From an uncultured Ruminococcus sp. (lineage in GTDB: Bacteria; Bacillota; Clostridia; Monoglobales; Monoglobaceae): 64,000 bases of DNA. The stretch is taken from contig CACWIG010000006.1 in NCBI GenBank assembly GCA_902760955.1, positions 1,354-65,353 on the forward strand. Direction: 5' to 3'. The notes beneath the pieces were generated by a model. That model saw only the letters and a program-made list of their open reading frames with translations, did not search any database and was not told the origin of the DNA. This document shows positions 30,938 through 41,194 of the stretch, one piece after another. The translations under genes and the position numbers were made by a program. Every line of letters starts with the position of its first letter. The stretch's first letter is position 1.

Positions 30938-32038
30938 ATGAAAGGCTTAATATTATCCATTACAGCAGGACAAGGTCATAATCAGACAGCAAAAGTCTTA
31001 AGTGACTATTTTAATCAAAACAATGTTGAATGTTCGTATATGGATGTATATGAATACATAAACCCAATTTTATCGGATACTGTTTCAAAGCTGTACCTTA
31101 TGTCAACCAAGACGATGCCTAAAGTCTACGGCAAAATATACAGACTATGCGAGAAAAAGCCAGGTGACGAAATGCACACTCTGCCAAGGCTTACAAATCA
31201 TCTTCTCGGTAAAAAGCTAAGCAAAATGATTAATGCTGAAAACCCTGATTTTATCATATGTACTCACGTTTTTGCGGCACTTTTAATCACCTGCCTTGAA
31301 GGTGAAATCAGCAGTGACATCAAAACCTATGGTATTATTACCGATTTTACCATTCATCCGTATTGGGAAGACACCCGAATGGATTACTACGTTACCCCTA
31401 CCGAGTTGCTGACCAAGCAAGCGGAAAAAAGAGGCTTGCCTGAACGAAAATTCATACCTATCGGCATACCAATCGACACTAAATTTGAAACAAAAATGGA
31501 CCGCATTGACGCACTTAAAGCTCTGAAACTGCCAAACAAAAAGACTGTTTTAATTATGAGCGGAAGTATGGGGTTTGGCAATATATCAGAACAAATATCA
31601 GAGATTGATAAAATACCTCAGGACTTTCAGATTATCAGCGTTTGTGGAAATAATAAAAAGCTAAAAGAAAGTATTGACCGTCTTGAAACAAAAAAAGCCG
31701 TATATAACTACGGCTATGTTGATAATGTTGATGTGATGATGGACGCCTCAGATTGTATAATCACAAAGCCTGGCGGACTCACCACAAGCGAGGCGTTGGC
31801 AAAGGGACTTCCTATGATAATCAGCAATCCTGTACCAGGACAAGAGGATAGAAATGTTGAGTTTTTGCTAAACGCAGGTGCAGCTATCAAAGTAAGCGAA
31901 ACTTATCCCATTGACGAAGCAATCCATCAGATGTTTATGAGTGACAGAATGTCTCTTATACGCGAAACCATAAGCGTCCTGGGCAAGCCTCACTCAACAC
32001 GTGACCTTGCCAATTTTATAATAGGTTCTCTTGAGTAA
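30938..32038 (+). CDS. Diacylglycerol glycosyltransferase (MGDG synthase/UgtP-like, GT28)
   Basis: 366 aa. N-terminal ILSITAGQGHNQTAKVL and C-terminal KPGGLTTSEALAKGLPMI, typical of the MGDG-synthase family. Confidence 0.8.
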   Translation: MKGLILSITAGQGHNQTAKVLSDYFNQNNVECSYMDVYEYINPILSDTVSKLYLMSTKTMPKVYGKIYRLCEKKPGDEMHTLPRLTNHLLGKKLSKMINAENPDFIICTHVFAALLITCLEGEISSDIKTYGIITDFTIHPYWEDTRMDYYVTPTELLTKQAEKRGLPERKFIPIGIPIDTKFETKMDRIDALKALKLPNKKTVLIMSGSMGFGNISEQISEIDKIPQDFQIISVCGNNKKLKESIDRLETKKAVYNYGYVDNVDVMMDASDCIITKPGGLTTSEALAKGLPMIISNPVPGQEDRNVEFLLNAGAAIKVSETYPIDEAIHQMFMSDRMSLIRETISVLGKPHSTRDLANFIIGSLE

Positions 32039-32066
32039 CCCATTGGTTTACCTGCCTATCCCTCAT

Positions 32067-32097
32067 AAACGGGCGATTCGTGAATCGCCCCTACAAA
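32067..32097 (-). repeat. GTAG-hairpin repeat (family B), GGGCGATTC/GAATCGCCC stem variant
   Basis: Reverse strand reads TTTGTAGGGGCGATTCACGAATCGCCCGTTTAT. It has the GTAGG head, a 9-bp perfect stem and a divergent tail. Confidence 0.65.
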
Positions 32098-32113
32098 CAC
32101 ACAAGAAAGTCAT

Positions 32114-32145
32114 AAATTCACAATAATTTTATTGAATGATTGCCC
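32114..32145 (-). repeat. Isolated right arm of family A (inverted)
   Basis: AAATTCACAATAATTTTATTGAATGATTGCCC is the reverse complement of GGGCAATCATTCAATAAAATTATTGTGAATTT, the A right half. It abuts the B copy at 32155. Confidence 0.6.
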
Positions 32146-32154
32146 TGTGCCATA

Positions 32155-32186
32155 TGTAGGGGACGGCGTCCCCGACGTCCCGTAAA
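32155..32186 (+). repeat. GTAG-hairpin repeat (family B), canonical
   Basis: TGTAGGGGACGGCGTCCCCGACGTCCCGTAAA. Confidence 0.8.
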
Positions 32187-32223
32187 ATCTACTACAAAAA
32201 TAAAAATATTTTAAATTACTAAC

Positions 32224-33021
32224 TTATTCGTTCTCATTTTCTGCAGGCTGAGGCAAATAATTATGGGGATTTGCTGTTTCCTCATTTAAACTTATCTCAA
32301 AATGTAAATGTGGTTTTTCAAGTGCCTCAGCAGTTGCAGTACTTCCTACTCTTCCTATGGGCGTACCTTTGGTAACATTGTCACCAATTGCAACCTCTGT
32401 TCCCTCAGCAAGATTTGAATATATACTTCTTACTCCTCCATTATGCAAAATAATAACAGTCCTGCCAAACATACCATTGTCTGTAATCGCCTCCACAGTT
32501 CCGTCGGCAACCGCCAACACATCTGTGCCTTCCTCCGCATAAAAGTCAATTCCGTTATGAGTTCTCCAATCCTTCAGGGTTTCAGAATATACCAGATTAT
32601 CACCTGAATAATCTTTCACCACCGCTCCGCTCACAGGAAAAATAAATGCATCAGATGAACTTTGTGTTGTATTCTGTTCAGGCTTATCCGAATTATCTTC
32701 TGCACTTTGCACATTTTCCCTGTTATCCGTATCAGACTTTATTTCACTGTCCTCTTGTTGTTTTGCGGCAGTAACTGCCTCCTCGTTATAAACAGCATTT
32801 AAACCGCTGTCTGCCGCACTCGTCTTTTCGTCTTTTTCTATAGCAGAACTTTCTATTGCCGATTTGTCAAAGGGTTTATCTTCATCATTTGCAACATCGT
32901 TAGGCACAAATGCCGTCATTATAATTGCAAAAAGTGCTATTACCGCTGTTGATATTCCAAGTACAATCAAATTCTTTGCATCAAATAAAGAACCTTTCTT
33001 TTTATTATTTTTTGTGTTCAC
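32224..33021 (-). CDS. Membrane-anchored M23 family metallopeptidase
   Basis: N-terminal TM anchor, low-complexity linker and LytM domain (HNGIDFYA..., GSTATAEALEKPHLHFEI). Confidence 0.8.
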   Translation of the reverse strand: MNTKNNKKKGSLFDAKNLIVLGISTAVIALFAIIMTAFVPNDVANDEDKPFDKSAIESSAIEKDEKTSAADSGLNAVYNEEAVTAAKQQEDSEIKSDTDNRENVQSAEDNSDKPEQNTTQSSSDAFIFPVSGAVVKDYSGDNLVYSETLKDWRTHNGIDFYAEEGTDVLAVADGTVEAITDNGMFGRTVIILHNGGVRSIYSNLAEGTEVAIGDNVTKGTPIGRVGSTATAEALEKPHLHFEISLNEETANPHNYLPQPAENENE

Positions 33022-33090
33022 TTATATCACCTCAAAGGTAGTATGAGCAAACAAATGGCATTTTATAACTATATTTTCATAATTTATTTA

Positions 33091-33861
33091 TTATAATTTA
33101 TCAGCTATGTTGGGCAACAGCTTCCTTTCAAGTATTTCAGCAGTCACAAAAGTCACAGCAATCACCAATATCAGATAAACAAATTTATTAGGCTCCATAA
33201 ATTTTCCAAACAACAATGTACTTCTGTATCCCTCCGCCATCAATGCAACAGGGTTTAACTCCACTATCCTTTTAATACCTGTGTCAAGCATATCTACATT
33301 CCAGAAAATCGGTGTCACCCAAAAGCCTATATTTAATATTACATTTAAAATGTTTTGAATATCCTTATAATATCCGCATAATAAAGACAGTATCTTTCCA
33401 AGTGACAGAACATATGCATAACATATTATCACCATAACAGCTAAACCCAAAATTCCTGATATACAAATGTTATTTAATGCAGAAACAACAACCACAATAC
33501 TCAAAAAAAGAAGATGGGAAAAAAGAGAGGACACACAACGTACATCAGGCAAAATCTTTTTGTTAAATCGCATTTTCTTAACAAGAAAAGAATAATCTCT
33601 GTAAGATGCACAAACGCTTCTCAACCCATCTGCTACATACAGCCAGATGGCAAGCCCCACCGACAGCCATAAGTAATATGGTATACCGCAAACATCACCG
33701 CCGCCAAAGGCAAATGTATACACAAACCTATAAACAGCAACCGTAACTAAAGGCTCGGCTATTGCCCATAGGACACCTAATGCCGAGCCTGCGTATTTAG
33801 ATTTAAAATCATTAACTGCAAGCTTGAATATCTCAAGCAAGCCAACAACTATAGTTTTCAT
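33091..33861 (-). CDS. ABC-2 type transporter permease (TagG/Wzm-like polysaccharide or teichoic-acid exporter)
   Basis: 256 aa with six TM helices. The N-terminus ..FKSKYAGSALGVLWAIAEPL.. is typical of ABC-2 exporters. There is no adjacent ATPase. Confidence 0.75.
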   Translation of the reverse strand: MKTIVVGLLEIFKLAVNDFKSKYAGSALGVLWAIAEPLVTVAVYRFVYTFAFGGGDVCGIPYYLWLSVGLAIWLYVADGLRSVCASYRDYSFLVKKMRFNKKILPDVRCVSSLFSHLLFLSIVVVVSALNNICISGILGLAVMVIICYAYVLSLGKILSLLCGYYKDIQNILNVILNIGFWVTPIFWNVDMLDTGIKRIVELNPVALMAEGYRSTLLFGKFMEPNKFVYLILVIAVTFVTAEILERKLLPNIADKL

Positions 33862-33864
33862 AAC

Positions 33865-34590
33865 TCAATCACTAAATTTCCAGGCAGGAAGTCCCGTTTG
33901 AATTGCGTGCATAATCTTTGTTTTAAAGAACTTGTCCTCTCTGTTATGCTCTGCAATATATTCCTTCATATCCTGACGCTTGGAATATCCGTCCATAGGA
34001 CAGGGATTATGCACAATCGGCAACTCCACTTCCTTTGCAAAACCTTTTATCTCACTTTCAGGCAAGTATATCATAGGACGGATAACATATATATCCTTTC
34101 TTGAAAGATATGTAACAGGCGAAAAACAGTTCAGTCGTCCCTCATAGAAAAGCGAAAGAAAAAACGTCTCTAAAACATCATCATTGTGATGTCCCAATGC
34201 GACCTTATTACAGCCAAGCTCTACTGCCAAGCTGTTCACACCGCCTCTGCGCATTTTAGCACAGAGAGAACAAGGATTTTTTTCCTTTCTTACATCAAAT
34301 ATGATTTCAGCAATATCGGTTTTTTCCACAACGTACTTAACATTTAGTTTTTTACACAGTTCCTCAACACCTGCAAAGCTGACGTCGGGATATCCCATAT
34401 CAAGAGAAACACCGACAACCTCAAAATTTTTAGGATAAAATCTTCGCAATTCCGCAAGGGCAACCAGAAGGGTAAGGCTGTCCTTACCCCCTGATACACC
34501 AACGGCAATGCGGTCGCCGTCCTCAATCATATGATATTCGTCAACCGCACGTCTTACCTTACTTAAAATCTTCTGCAATCTGTTTTCCAT
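33865..34590 (-). CDS. PP-loop ATPase, tRNA 2-thiocytidine biosynthesis TtcA-like
   Basis: SGGKDS PP-loop, CSLCAKMRRG and NPCP Cys motifs. Confidence 0.8.
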   Translation of the reverse strand: MENRLQKILSKVRRAVDEYHMIEDGDRIAVGVSGGKDSLTLLVALAELRRFYPKNFEVVGVSLDMGYPDVSFAGVEELCKKLNVKYVVEKTDIAEIIFDVRKEKNPCSLCAKMRRGGVNSLAVELGCNKVALGHHNDDVLETFFLSLFYEGRLNCFSPVTYLSRKDIYVIRPMIYLPESEIKGFAKEVELPIVHNPCPMDGYSKRQDMKEYIAEHNREDKFFKTKIMHAIQTGLPAWKFSD

Positions 34591-34596
34591 ATGTCA

Positions 34597-37104
34597 CTAT
34601 TCTTCTATACTGTCTGCTGTATCGTTATTTTCTGCGTTGCTGTCAACCTCTGATGTTTCTTCGGGCTCTTCATCTTTTTTGACGCTTTCAACCGTCAAAA
34701 TCTTAACTCCGTCCGCAAGTCTCATCAAGCGTACACCCTTGGTAACTCTGCCGTATGTGCTGATTTCTTCGCTTTCCATACGTATGATAACACCCTCTGA
34801 TGTGATAAGCATAATATCGTCGTCAGCATCAACTATCTTCATACCTGCAATATTACCTGTTTCATCACTGACACGATAGGTCATCATACCCTTACCGCCT
34901 CTGTTCTGACGCTTGTATTCAGAAAGTTCAGAACGCTTGCCATAGCCGTTTTCACTGACAGTCAACAACTTGCCGTTTTCGGTTCCGATACACATTCCGA
35001 TAATATAGTCTTCATCATCAAGTGACATAGCTTTTACGCCTCTTGAAACACGTCCCATATTGCGGACGTCTTCTTCATTAAATCTTATTATCTTACCAAA
35101 GTGCGAACCCACAAAAACGTCAGTAGTTCCATCTGTAAGGGCAACACCGATAAGCTCATCATTGTCGTCAAGTTTAATAGCAATCTTACCTGCCTTTGGT
35201 GCATTCTTATACTCATCAAGGTCAGTTTTCTTAATTATGCCTGCACGAGTGCACATAATAAGACTCTTATCGTCCTCGTACTCTCTGATGGGTATAACCG
35301 CAGAAATGGTCTCATCAGGCTCTATCGCAATAATGTTCACAATAGGCGTACCCTTAGCCTGTCTGCTTGCTTCAGGAATTTCATAGGCTTTTACTCTATA
35401 CATACGTCCTTTATTGGTAAAGAACAGTATATGGGCGTGAGTTGAGGATACAAACATAGTGCTGACAAAGTCCTCTTCCTTTGTTGAAAGTCCGATAACG
35501 CCTTTACCTCCACGCTTTTGAGCCTTATACACGTCAACCGCCATACGCTTAACATATCCCTTATGGGTTAAAGTGATAACATTATTTTCTTCTTCAATCA
35601 AGTCCTCAATATCAATATCGTCAGTAACAGCCTCAATACCTGTTCTTCTTGAGTCGCCGAACTTATCTTTGATTTCTGTGAGTTCTGTCTTGATTATTTC
35701 AAGAACAAGCTTTTCGTCCGCCAAAATATCACTCAAATGCTTGATAAGAGCAATCAAATCGTTATATTCTTTGTCGATTTTCTCTCGCTCCATTCCCGCA
35801 AGTCTTGCAAGACGCATATCAAGAATTGCCTGAGCCTGTATTTCGGTGAGATTAAATCTGTCAATCAACTTTTCTTTAGCATCATTATAACTGCTTCTGA
35901 TTGTATTTATAACCTCATCAATATTGTCAAGTGCAATTCTCAAACCCTCTAAAATATGAACTCTCGCCTCAGCCTTTTTCTTGTCAAACTTTGTACGTCT
36001 TGTTATAACCTCTTTTTGGAAATCAAGATAATTAACAAGAATTTCTTTAAGGTTTAAAACCTTAGGGTCTGTTTGATTGACAAGGGCGAGCATAATAACG
36101 CCAAAGCTGTCCTCAAGCTGAGTGTACTTATACAGCTGATTTAAAACAATTTGAGCATTAACACCTGTTTTAAGCTCAACAACAATTCTCATTCCGTCAC
36201 GGTCAGACTCATCTCTAAGGTCAGAAATTCCTTCTACACGCTTGTCGTGTACAAGTTCTGCTATCTTTTCGATAAGACGCGATTTGTTGACCATATACGG
36301 AATTTCGGTAATCACAATACGCTGTCTGTTTTCCTTCCAATCCTGTATTTCGGCTCTTGCACGCACACGAAGCTTACCTCTGCCCGTATGATACGCCGCA
36401 CGAATACCCGACTTGCCCATAATAAGTCCGCCTGTCGGGAAGTCAGGTCCTGGAATGTGGTCCATAAGTTCATCAATAGAAATATCAGGATTGTCGATAA
36501 GGGCAATTATACCATCAATAACCTCGCCTAAATTATGGGGAGGAATATTGGTAGCCATACCGACAGCAATACCATTTGAGCCGTTTACCAAAAGATGCGG
36601 TATTCTTGACGGCAATACAAGAGGTTCTTTTCTTGTTTCGTCAAAGTTAGGCATAAAGTCAACTGTCTCTTTTTCAATATCAGTCAGCATATTAAGGGAC
36701 AGCTTAGACATACGAGCCTCAGTATAACGATAAGCAGCAGGGGGATCGCCGTCAACAGAACCAAAGTTACCGTGGCCGTCAACAGTCGGATACCTCATTG
36801 CAAAATCCTGTGCCATACGAACAAGTGCATCATATACAGATGCATCACCGTGAGGATGGTATCTACCCAGAACATTACCTACGGTAGTAGCACATTTACG
36901 ATATTCCTTGTCGGGTGTAAATCCGTCTTCATACATAGCATACAAAATACGTCTGTGAACAGGCTTTAAGCCGTCACGGACATCAGGCAATGCACGTCCG
37001 ACAATAACGGACATTGCATAGTCAATGTATGACTTTTTCATTTCGCTGTTTAACTCGACAGGAATAATATTAAGTTTACTTTCATCAAAAATTCCTTCAG
37101 GCAT
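34597..37104 (-). CDS. gyrA: DNA gyrase subunit A
   Basis: 835 aa. [16 protein letters not shown], active-site [14 protein letters not shown]-like [18 protein letters not shown]-terminal beta-pinwheel and acidic tail. Confidence 0.95.
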   Translation of the reverse strand: MPEGIFDESKLNIIPVELNSEMKKSYIDYAMSVIVGRALPDVRDGLKPVHRRILYAMYEDGFTPDKEYRKCATTVGNVLGRYHPHGDASVYDALVRMAQDFAMRYPTVDGHGNFGSVDGDPPAAYRYTEARMSKLSLNMLTDIEKETVDFMPNFDETRKEPLVLPSRIPHLLVNGSNGIAVGMATNIPPHNLGEVIDGIIALIDNPDISIDELMDHIPGPDFPTGGLIMGKSGIRAAYHTGRGKLRVRARAEIQDWKENRQRIVITEIPYMVNKSRLIEKIAELVHDKRVEGISDLRDESDRDGMRIVVELKTGVNAQIVLNQLYKYTQLEDSFGVIMLALVNQTDPKVLNLKEILVNYLDFQKEVITRRTKFDKKKAEARVHILEGLRIALDNIDEVINTIRSSYNDAKEKLIDRFNLTEIQAQAILDMRLARLAGMEREKIDKEYNDLIALIKHLSDILADEKLVLEIIKTELTEIKDKFGDSRRTGIEAVTDDIDIEDLIEEENNVITLTHKGYVKRMAVDVYKAQKRGGKGVIGLSTKEEDFVSTMFVSSTHAHILFFTNKGRMYRVKAYEIPEASRQAKGTPIVNIIAIEPDETISAVIPIREYEDDKSLIMCTRAGIIKKTDLDEYKNAPKAGKIAIKLDDNDELIGVALTDGTTDVFVGSHFGKIIRFNEEDVRNMGRVSRGVKAMSLDDEDYIIGMCIGTENGKLLTVSENGYGKRSELSEYKRQNRGGKGMMTYRVSDETGNIAGMKIVDADDDIMLITSEGVIIRMESEEISTYGRVTKGVRLMRLADGVKILTVESVKKDEEPEETSEVDSNAENNDTADSIEE

Positions 37105-37316
37105 AATATTATCTCCTTAATTTAAAAAATACGCTAAATTTAATTTTTACATTTTTTATATATTTCGCCAAAAATATTGAATTTCCTTTTTTTAGGCTCA
37201 AATTTGCTTTAATTTTTTATTTTTGCATCCTTTTTTTATTCTGCTTTATCCTTTTTGTGTGTCGAAATGTTGATATTCTTAAATATATATTGAAATTTTA
37301 ATATTGACTACTTCTA

Positions 37317-37363
37317 TCTATGTGATAAACTAAATATGTAAAAAGATACATATAACACATAGA
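37317..37363. promoter_or_regulatory. Nested inverted repeat directly upstream of the galT RBS (candidate operator or 5'UTR hairpin)
   Basis: TCTATGTG..ATATGTA-aaaaga-TACATAT..CACATAGA, ending 10 nt before the RBS. Confidence 0.3.
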
Positions 37364-37378
37364 AAGGTAGTTTTAACA

Positions 37379-38359
37379 ATGGCTGAATTAAGATACAACC
37401 CACTTACAAAGGATTGGGTAATGATTGCCTCTCACCGTCAAAACAGACCTCAGATGCCAAAAGATTGGTGTCCGTTCTGCCCAGGTTCAGGCAAGGTTCC
37501 CGATAATTTTACTGTTTATAAGTACGATAACGACTTTCCTGCTTTGTCACAAAATCCTCCCGTCCCTGATGATGTTGCAACAGACCTCTATAAAACACGT
37601 GAGGCATATGGCAAATGCGAGGTAATTTTATATTCACCAAATCACACAATCACTCTGCCTGAGCTTCCTGTTGAACATATCAGAGAGCTTGTTGATTTAT
37701 GGACAGATAGATTTATTGATATTTCAAAGGACGAAAAGATTAAATATGTATTCATATTTGAAAACAGAGGTGACGTTGTAGGTGTTACAATGCCTCACCC
37801 TCACGGACAGATTTATGGTTACAGCTACGTTCCCAAAAAGCTTGAGGTTGAGCTCGACTCCTCAAAGGAGCACTTCAAGGAAACAGGCAACTGTCTTTTT
37901 TGCGATATTTTGAAAACTGAAAAGGAAGTAGGTCAGAGAGTTATTTTCGAGAACGAAGATTTTATTACGTTCCTTCCGTTCTTCACTGATTATCCTTACG
38001 GCGTATATATTGCGGCAAAATCACACATTCAGAATTTGGCACAATTCAATGACAGACAAAAGGATAATCTTGCCGCAATCCTTAAAGAAACAGCAGGAAT
38101 GCTTGATTGTCTTTTCGACTATTCCTTCCCTTATATGATGTGTATGCATCAGGGTCCTGTAAACACAGAGGACTGCAGTGACTACTTCCACTTCCATATT
38201 GAGTTCTTCCCGCCAATGCGTGCCGCAGATAAGCAAAAGTTCAACGCATCAAGCGAAACAGGTGCCTGGGCGGCTTGCAATCCAACAGCACCTGAAGAAA
38301 AGGCTGAAGAATTGAGACAAGCTCATAAGAAGTTTCTTGACAAAATCGCAAACATATAG
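37379..38359 (+). CDS. galT: Galactose-1-phosphate uridylyltransferase (HIT-type GalT)
   Basis: CPFCPG zinc motif and HPHGQ active-site His-x-His. Confidence 0.9.
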   Translation: MAELRYNPLTKDWVMIASHRQNRPQMPKDWCPFCPGSGKVPDNFTVYKYDNDFPALSQNPPVPDDVATDLYKTREAYGKCEVILYSPNHTITLPELPVEHIRELVDLWTDRFIDISKDEKIKYVFIFENRGDVVGVTMPHPHGQIYGYSYVPKKLEVELDSSKEHFKETGNCLFCDILKTEKEVGQRVIFENEDFITFLPFFTDYPYGVYIAAKSHIQNLAQFNDRQKDNLAAILKETAGMLDCLFDYSFPYMMCMHQGPVNTEDCSDYFHFHIEFFPPMRAADKQKFNASSETGAWAACNPTAPEEKAEELRQAHKKFLDKIANI

Positions 38360-38397
38360 TATAACTGATATATAAATAAAGGGTAAAAATATAAGGC

Positions 38398-38510
38398 TGT
38401 GAAAAAATCTCCGCATAATCCGAAATAATTTTTTCATTGCAGTTGGGCTTGGCAACTGTATGGGCTTCGGGCAATTGTTTAATAAAATTATTTTGGATTT
38501 ATAATTTGTG
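38398..38510 (+). repeat. Family A structured intergenic element, copy 4 (between galT and galK)
   Basis: TGTGAAAAAATCTCCGCATAATCCGAAATAATTTTTTCATTGCAGTTG-GGCTTGG-CAACTGTATGGGCTTCGGGCAATTGTTTAATAAAATTATTTTGGATTTATAATTTGTG. Confidence 0.75.
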
Positions 38511-38590
38511 CAATACTGCTATGGAGAACAATCGGAGAAAATAAACGATAGAAAATGGCTAATAAATATAATATATAAGGAGTACAAATA

Positions 38591-39760
38591 ATGATATCTG
38601 AACTTAAGAAACAGTTTTTAGACCTTTTCGGCGGAAGTGATGAAGGAATACGTGTTTTCTCGTCACCTGGCAGAGTAAACTTAATCGGCGAACATACCGA
38701 CTACAACGGCGGATATGTTTTCCCTGCCGCTTTAACAATGGCAACCACAATAATTGCACGTCCGAGAGAGGACAGCATTGTTCGTATGGCTGCAACAGAC
38801 CTTGATGGTATTGTTGAAGGAAATCTTGACACAATTGATAATTACAAAGACTTAAGCTGGGGTAATTATCAGTTCGGCGTATTTGATGAATTGAGAAAGG
38901 CGGGCTACAACATCTGCGGTGCAGATATGCTCTATCACGATACTACACCTCACGGCGGCGGTCTTTCTTCTTCTGCTGCTATCGAGATATCTGCCGCAAT
39001 CGCTATGGCAGCTCTCGGCGGTGCAACTGACATAGACAATATCGAAATGGCAAAAATCAGTCAGCTTGCAGAGCATAATTACATAGGCGTAAACTGCGGA
39101 ATTATGGATCAATTTGCTTCCGCTATGGGTAAGAAAAACCACCTTATCTTCTTGGATTGCAAAACTCTTGATTATCAGCTTGTTCCCATTCAGCTTGACG
39201 GCTATAAGCTCGTAATTTCAAACACCAACAAAAAGCGTTCACTTGCAGCCTCAAAGTATAACGAAAGACGTTCAGAATGTGAAAAGGGTCTTGAAATACT
39301 GAAATCAGCAATGCCTGAAAAAACTTGTCTCGGCGAAATTACCGCTGAAGAACTTGAACAGCACAAAGGTCTTATCACAGATGAAATCATTTTAAACAGA
39401 GTAACTCACGTTATCTCCGAGGACGACCGCGTTTTAAAGGCAATTGACGCCTTAAAGAATGGTAATCTTGTAGAATTCGGTCAGTTGATGAATGCTTCAC
39501 ACGTTTCATTGCGTGACCTTTACGAAGTTTCTTGCGAGGAGCTTGATACACTTGTTGACAGTGCATTATCTATTGATGGTGTGTTAGGTTCAAGAATGAC
39601 AGGTGCAGGCTTTGGCGGCTGTACTGTCAGCCTTGTAAAAGACGAAAGTGTTGACACATTTATCGAAAAGGTCGGCAAAGAATATCTTGATAAAATCGGC
39701 TATGCCGCATCATTCTATATCACCGAAATCGGTGACGGCGGCCGCGAGATCTTAGACTAA
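38591..39760 (+). CDS. galK: Galactokinase
   Basis: GRVNLIGEHTDYNGG signature and GHMP motif PHGGGLSSSAA. Confidence 0.95.
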   Translation: MISELKKQFLDLFGGSDEGIRVFSSPGRVNLIGEHTDYNGGYVFPAALTMATTIIARPREDSIVRMAATDLDGIVEGNLDTIDNYKDLSWGNYQFGVFDELRKAGYNICGADMLYHDTTPHGGGLSSSAAIEISAAIAMAALGGATDIDNIEMAKISQLAEHNYIGVNCGIMDQFASAMGKKNHLIFLDCKTLDYQLVPIQLDGYKLVISNTNKKRSLAASKYNERRSECEKGLEILKSAMPEKTCLGEITAEELEQHKGLITDEIILNRVTHVISEDDRVLKAIDALKNGNLVEFGQLMNASHVSLRDLYEVSCEELDTLVDSALSIDGVLGSRMTGAGFGGCTVSLVKDESVDTFIEKVGKEYLDKIGYAASFYITEIGDGGREILD

Positions 39761-39798
39761 TAAATTATATGCCATATTTGGCATACCATTCAAAAAAG

Positions 39799-39832
39799 GA
39801 GATGAATGATATCAACCATTAATCTCATTTTT
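39799..39832 (+). terminator. Candidate intrinsic terminator after galK
   Basis: GAGATGAATG-atatcaac-CATTAATCTC (one mismatch) followed by ATTTTT. Confidence 0.5.
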
Positions 39833-39849
39833 AGCGTAATTCATAATAA

Positions 39850-39889
39850 TGTAGGGTTCAGTGTCCTCGACGAGCCGAAATCACCTACA
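39850..39889 (+). repeat. GTAG-hairpin repeat (family B), GGTTCA/CGAGCC imperfect-stem variant
   Basis: TGTAGGGTTCAGTGTCCTCGACGAGCCGAAATCACCTACA. Loop GTGTCCTCGA, tail with CCTAC. Confidence 0.7.
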
Positions 39890-39912
39890 AATACATAATT
39901 AATTATACCATC

Positions 39913-39943
39913 ACGGGACGTCGAGGACGCCGTCCCCTACGAA
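39913..39943 (-). repeat. GTAG-hairpin repeat (family B), canonical stem with the CCTC loop variant
   Basis: Reverse strand reads TTCGTAGGGGACGGCGTCCTCGACGTCCCGTG. It forms an inverted pair with the 39850 copy. Confidence 0.8.
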
Positions 39944-39997
39944 TATGCAAAATTTGTACCATACTCAAGGGAGCGAAACATAATTAAAAATTACTTA

Positions 39998-41173
39998 TCA
40001 ATGATGGAACAATCTAATTCCTGTAAACGCCATTGCAATACCGAACTTATTACAGGTTTCAATTACATTATCGTCACGGATGGAACCGCCCGGCTGAGCG
40101 ATAACGGTTACTCCTGATTTTCTTGCCCTTTCTATGTTATCACCAAATGGGAAGAAAGCGTCTGAACCTAAAGCCACATCAGTATTCTTCTTTATCCATT
40201 CAAGTTTTTCTTCCTTTGTGAATACAGGCGGTTTAACCTTGAAGATTTTTTCCCAAGCACCATCCTGAAGAACATCCATATACTCATCAGAAATATAGAC
40301 ATCTATGGCATTATCTCTGTCGGCACGCTTTATGCCATCAACAAACTCAAGATTTAAAACCTGAGGAGCCTGCCTGAGCCACCAAATATCTGCCTTATTA
40401 CCTGCAAGTCTGGTACAATGTATTCTCGACTGCTGACCTGCGCCTATACCGATCGCCTGACCGTCCTTTACATAGCAAACACTATTTGACTGTGTATACT
40501 TAAGTGTAATCAAAGATATAACAAGGTCACGTTTTTGCTCGTCAGTCAGGCTCTTGTTTTCGGTAACAATGTTACAGAGCATATCATTGTCAATCTTCAA
40601 CTCGTTTCTGCCTTGTTCAAAAGTAATGCCGAACACCTGTTTTCTCTCTATTGGCTCGGGAACATAATTCTCATCAATCTTTATTATGTTATAACTACCC
40701 TTACGCTTAGCCTTAAGAATTTCAAGAGCCTCATCAGTATAACCTGGTGCAATAACGCCGTCAGATACCTCTTTTGCGATAAGCTGAGCTGTCGCCTTGT
40801 CGCACACATCAGAGAGAGATATAAAATCGCCGAATGATGACATTCTGTCTGCTCCCCTCGCCCTTGCATATGCATTTGCAAGAGGTGTCATTTCTATACT
40901 TTCATCCACAAAATATATCTTTTTAAGTGTGTCAGAAAGCGGAACGCCAACTGCAGCACCTGCAGGTGACACGTGTTTAAAAGAAGTTGCCGCAGGAAGT
41001 CCTGTTGCCGCTTTAAGTTCACGCACAAGCTGCCAACCATTCAACGCGTCAAGCAAATTGATATACCCCGGTTTTCCGCACAAAACCTCAAAGGGAAGCT
41101 CTCCCTCATTTACAAAAACCTTTGACGGCTTTTGATTAGGGTTACAGCCGTACTTAAGTTCCATTTCTTTCAT
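39998..41173 (-). CDS. purH: AICAR formyltransferase (PurH-type transformylase domain only, no MGS/IMPCH domain)
   Basis: MKEMELKYGCNPNQKP..., typical of stand-alone AICARFT. Start set at ATG 41173 after GAAGGGAG rather than TTG 41191. Confidence 0.85.
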   Translation of the reverse strand: MKEMELKYGCNPNQKPSKVFVNEGELPFEVLCGKPGYINLLDALNGWQLVRELKAATGLPAATSFKHVSPAGAAVGVPLSDTLKKIYFVDESIEMTPLANAYARARGADRMSSFGDFISLSDVCDKATAQLIAKEVSDGVIAPGYTDEALEILKAKRKGSYNIIKIDENYVPEPIERKQVFGITFEQGRNELKIDNDMLCNIVTENKSLTDEQKRDLVISLITLKYTQSNSVCYVKDGQAIGIGAGQQSRIHCTRLAGNKADIWWLRQAPQVLNLEFVDGIKRADRDNAIDVYISDEYMDVLQDGAWEKIFKVKPPVFTKEEKLEWIKKNTDVALGSDAFFPFGDNIERARKSGVTVIAQPGGSIRDDNVIETCNKFGIAMAFTGIRLFHH

Positions 41174-41194
41174 TTGAATATCTCCCTTCAAATA

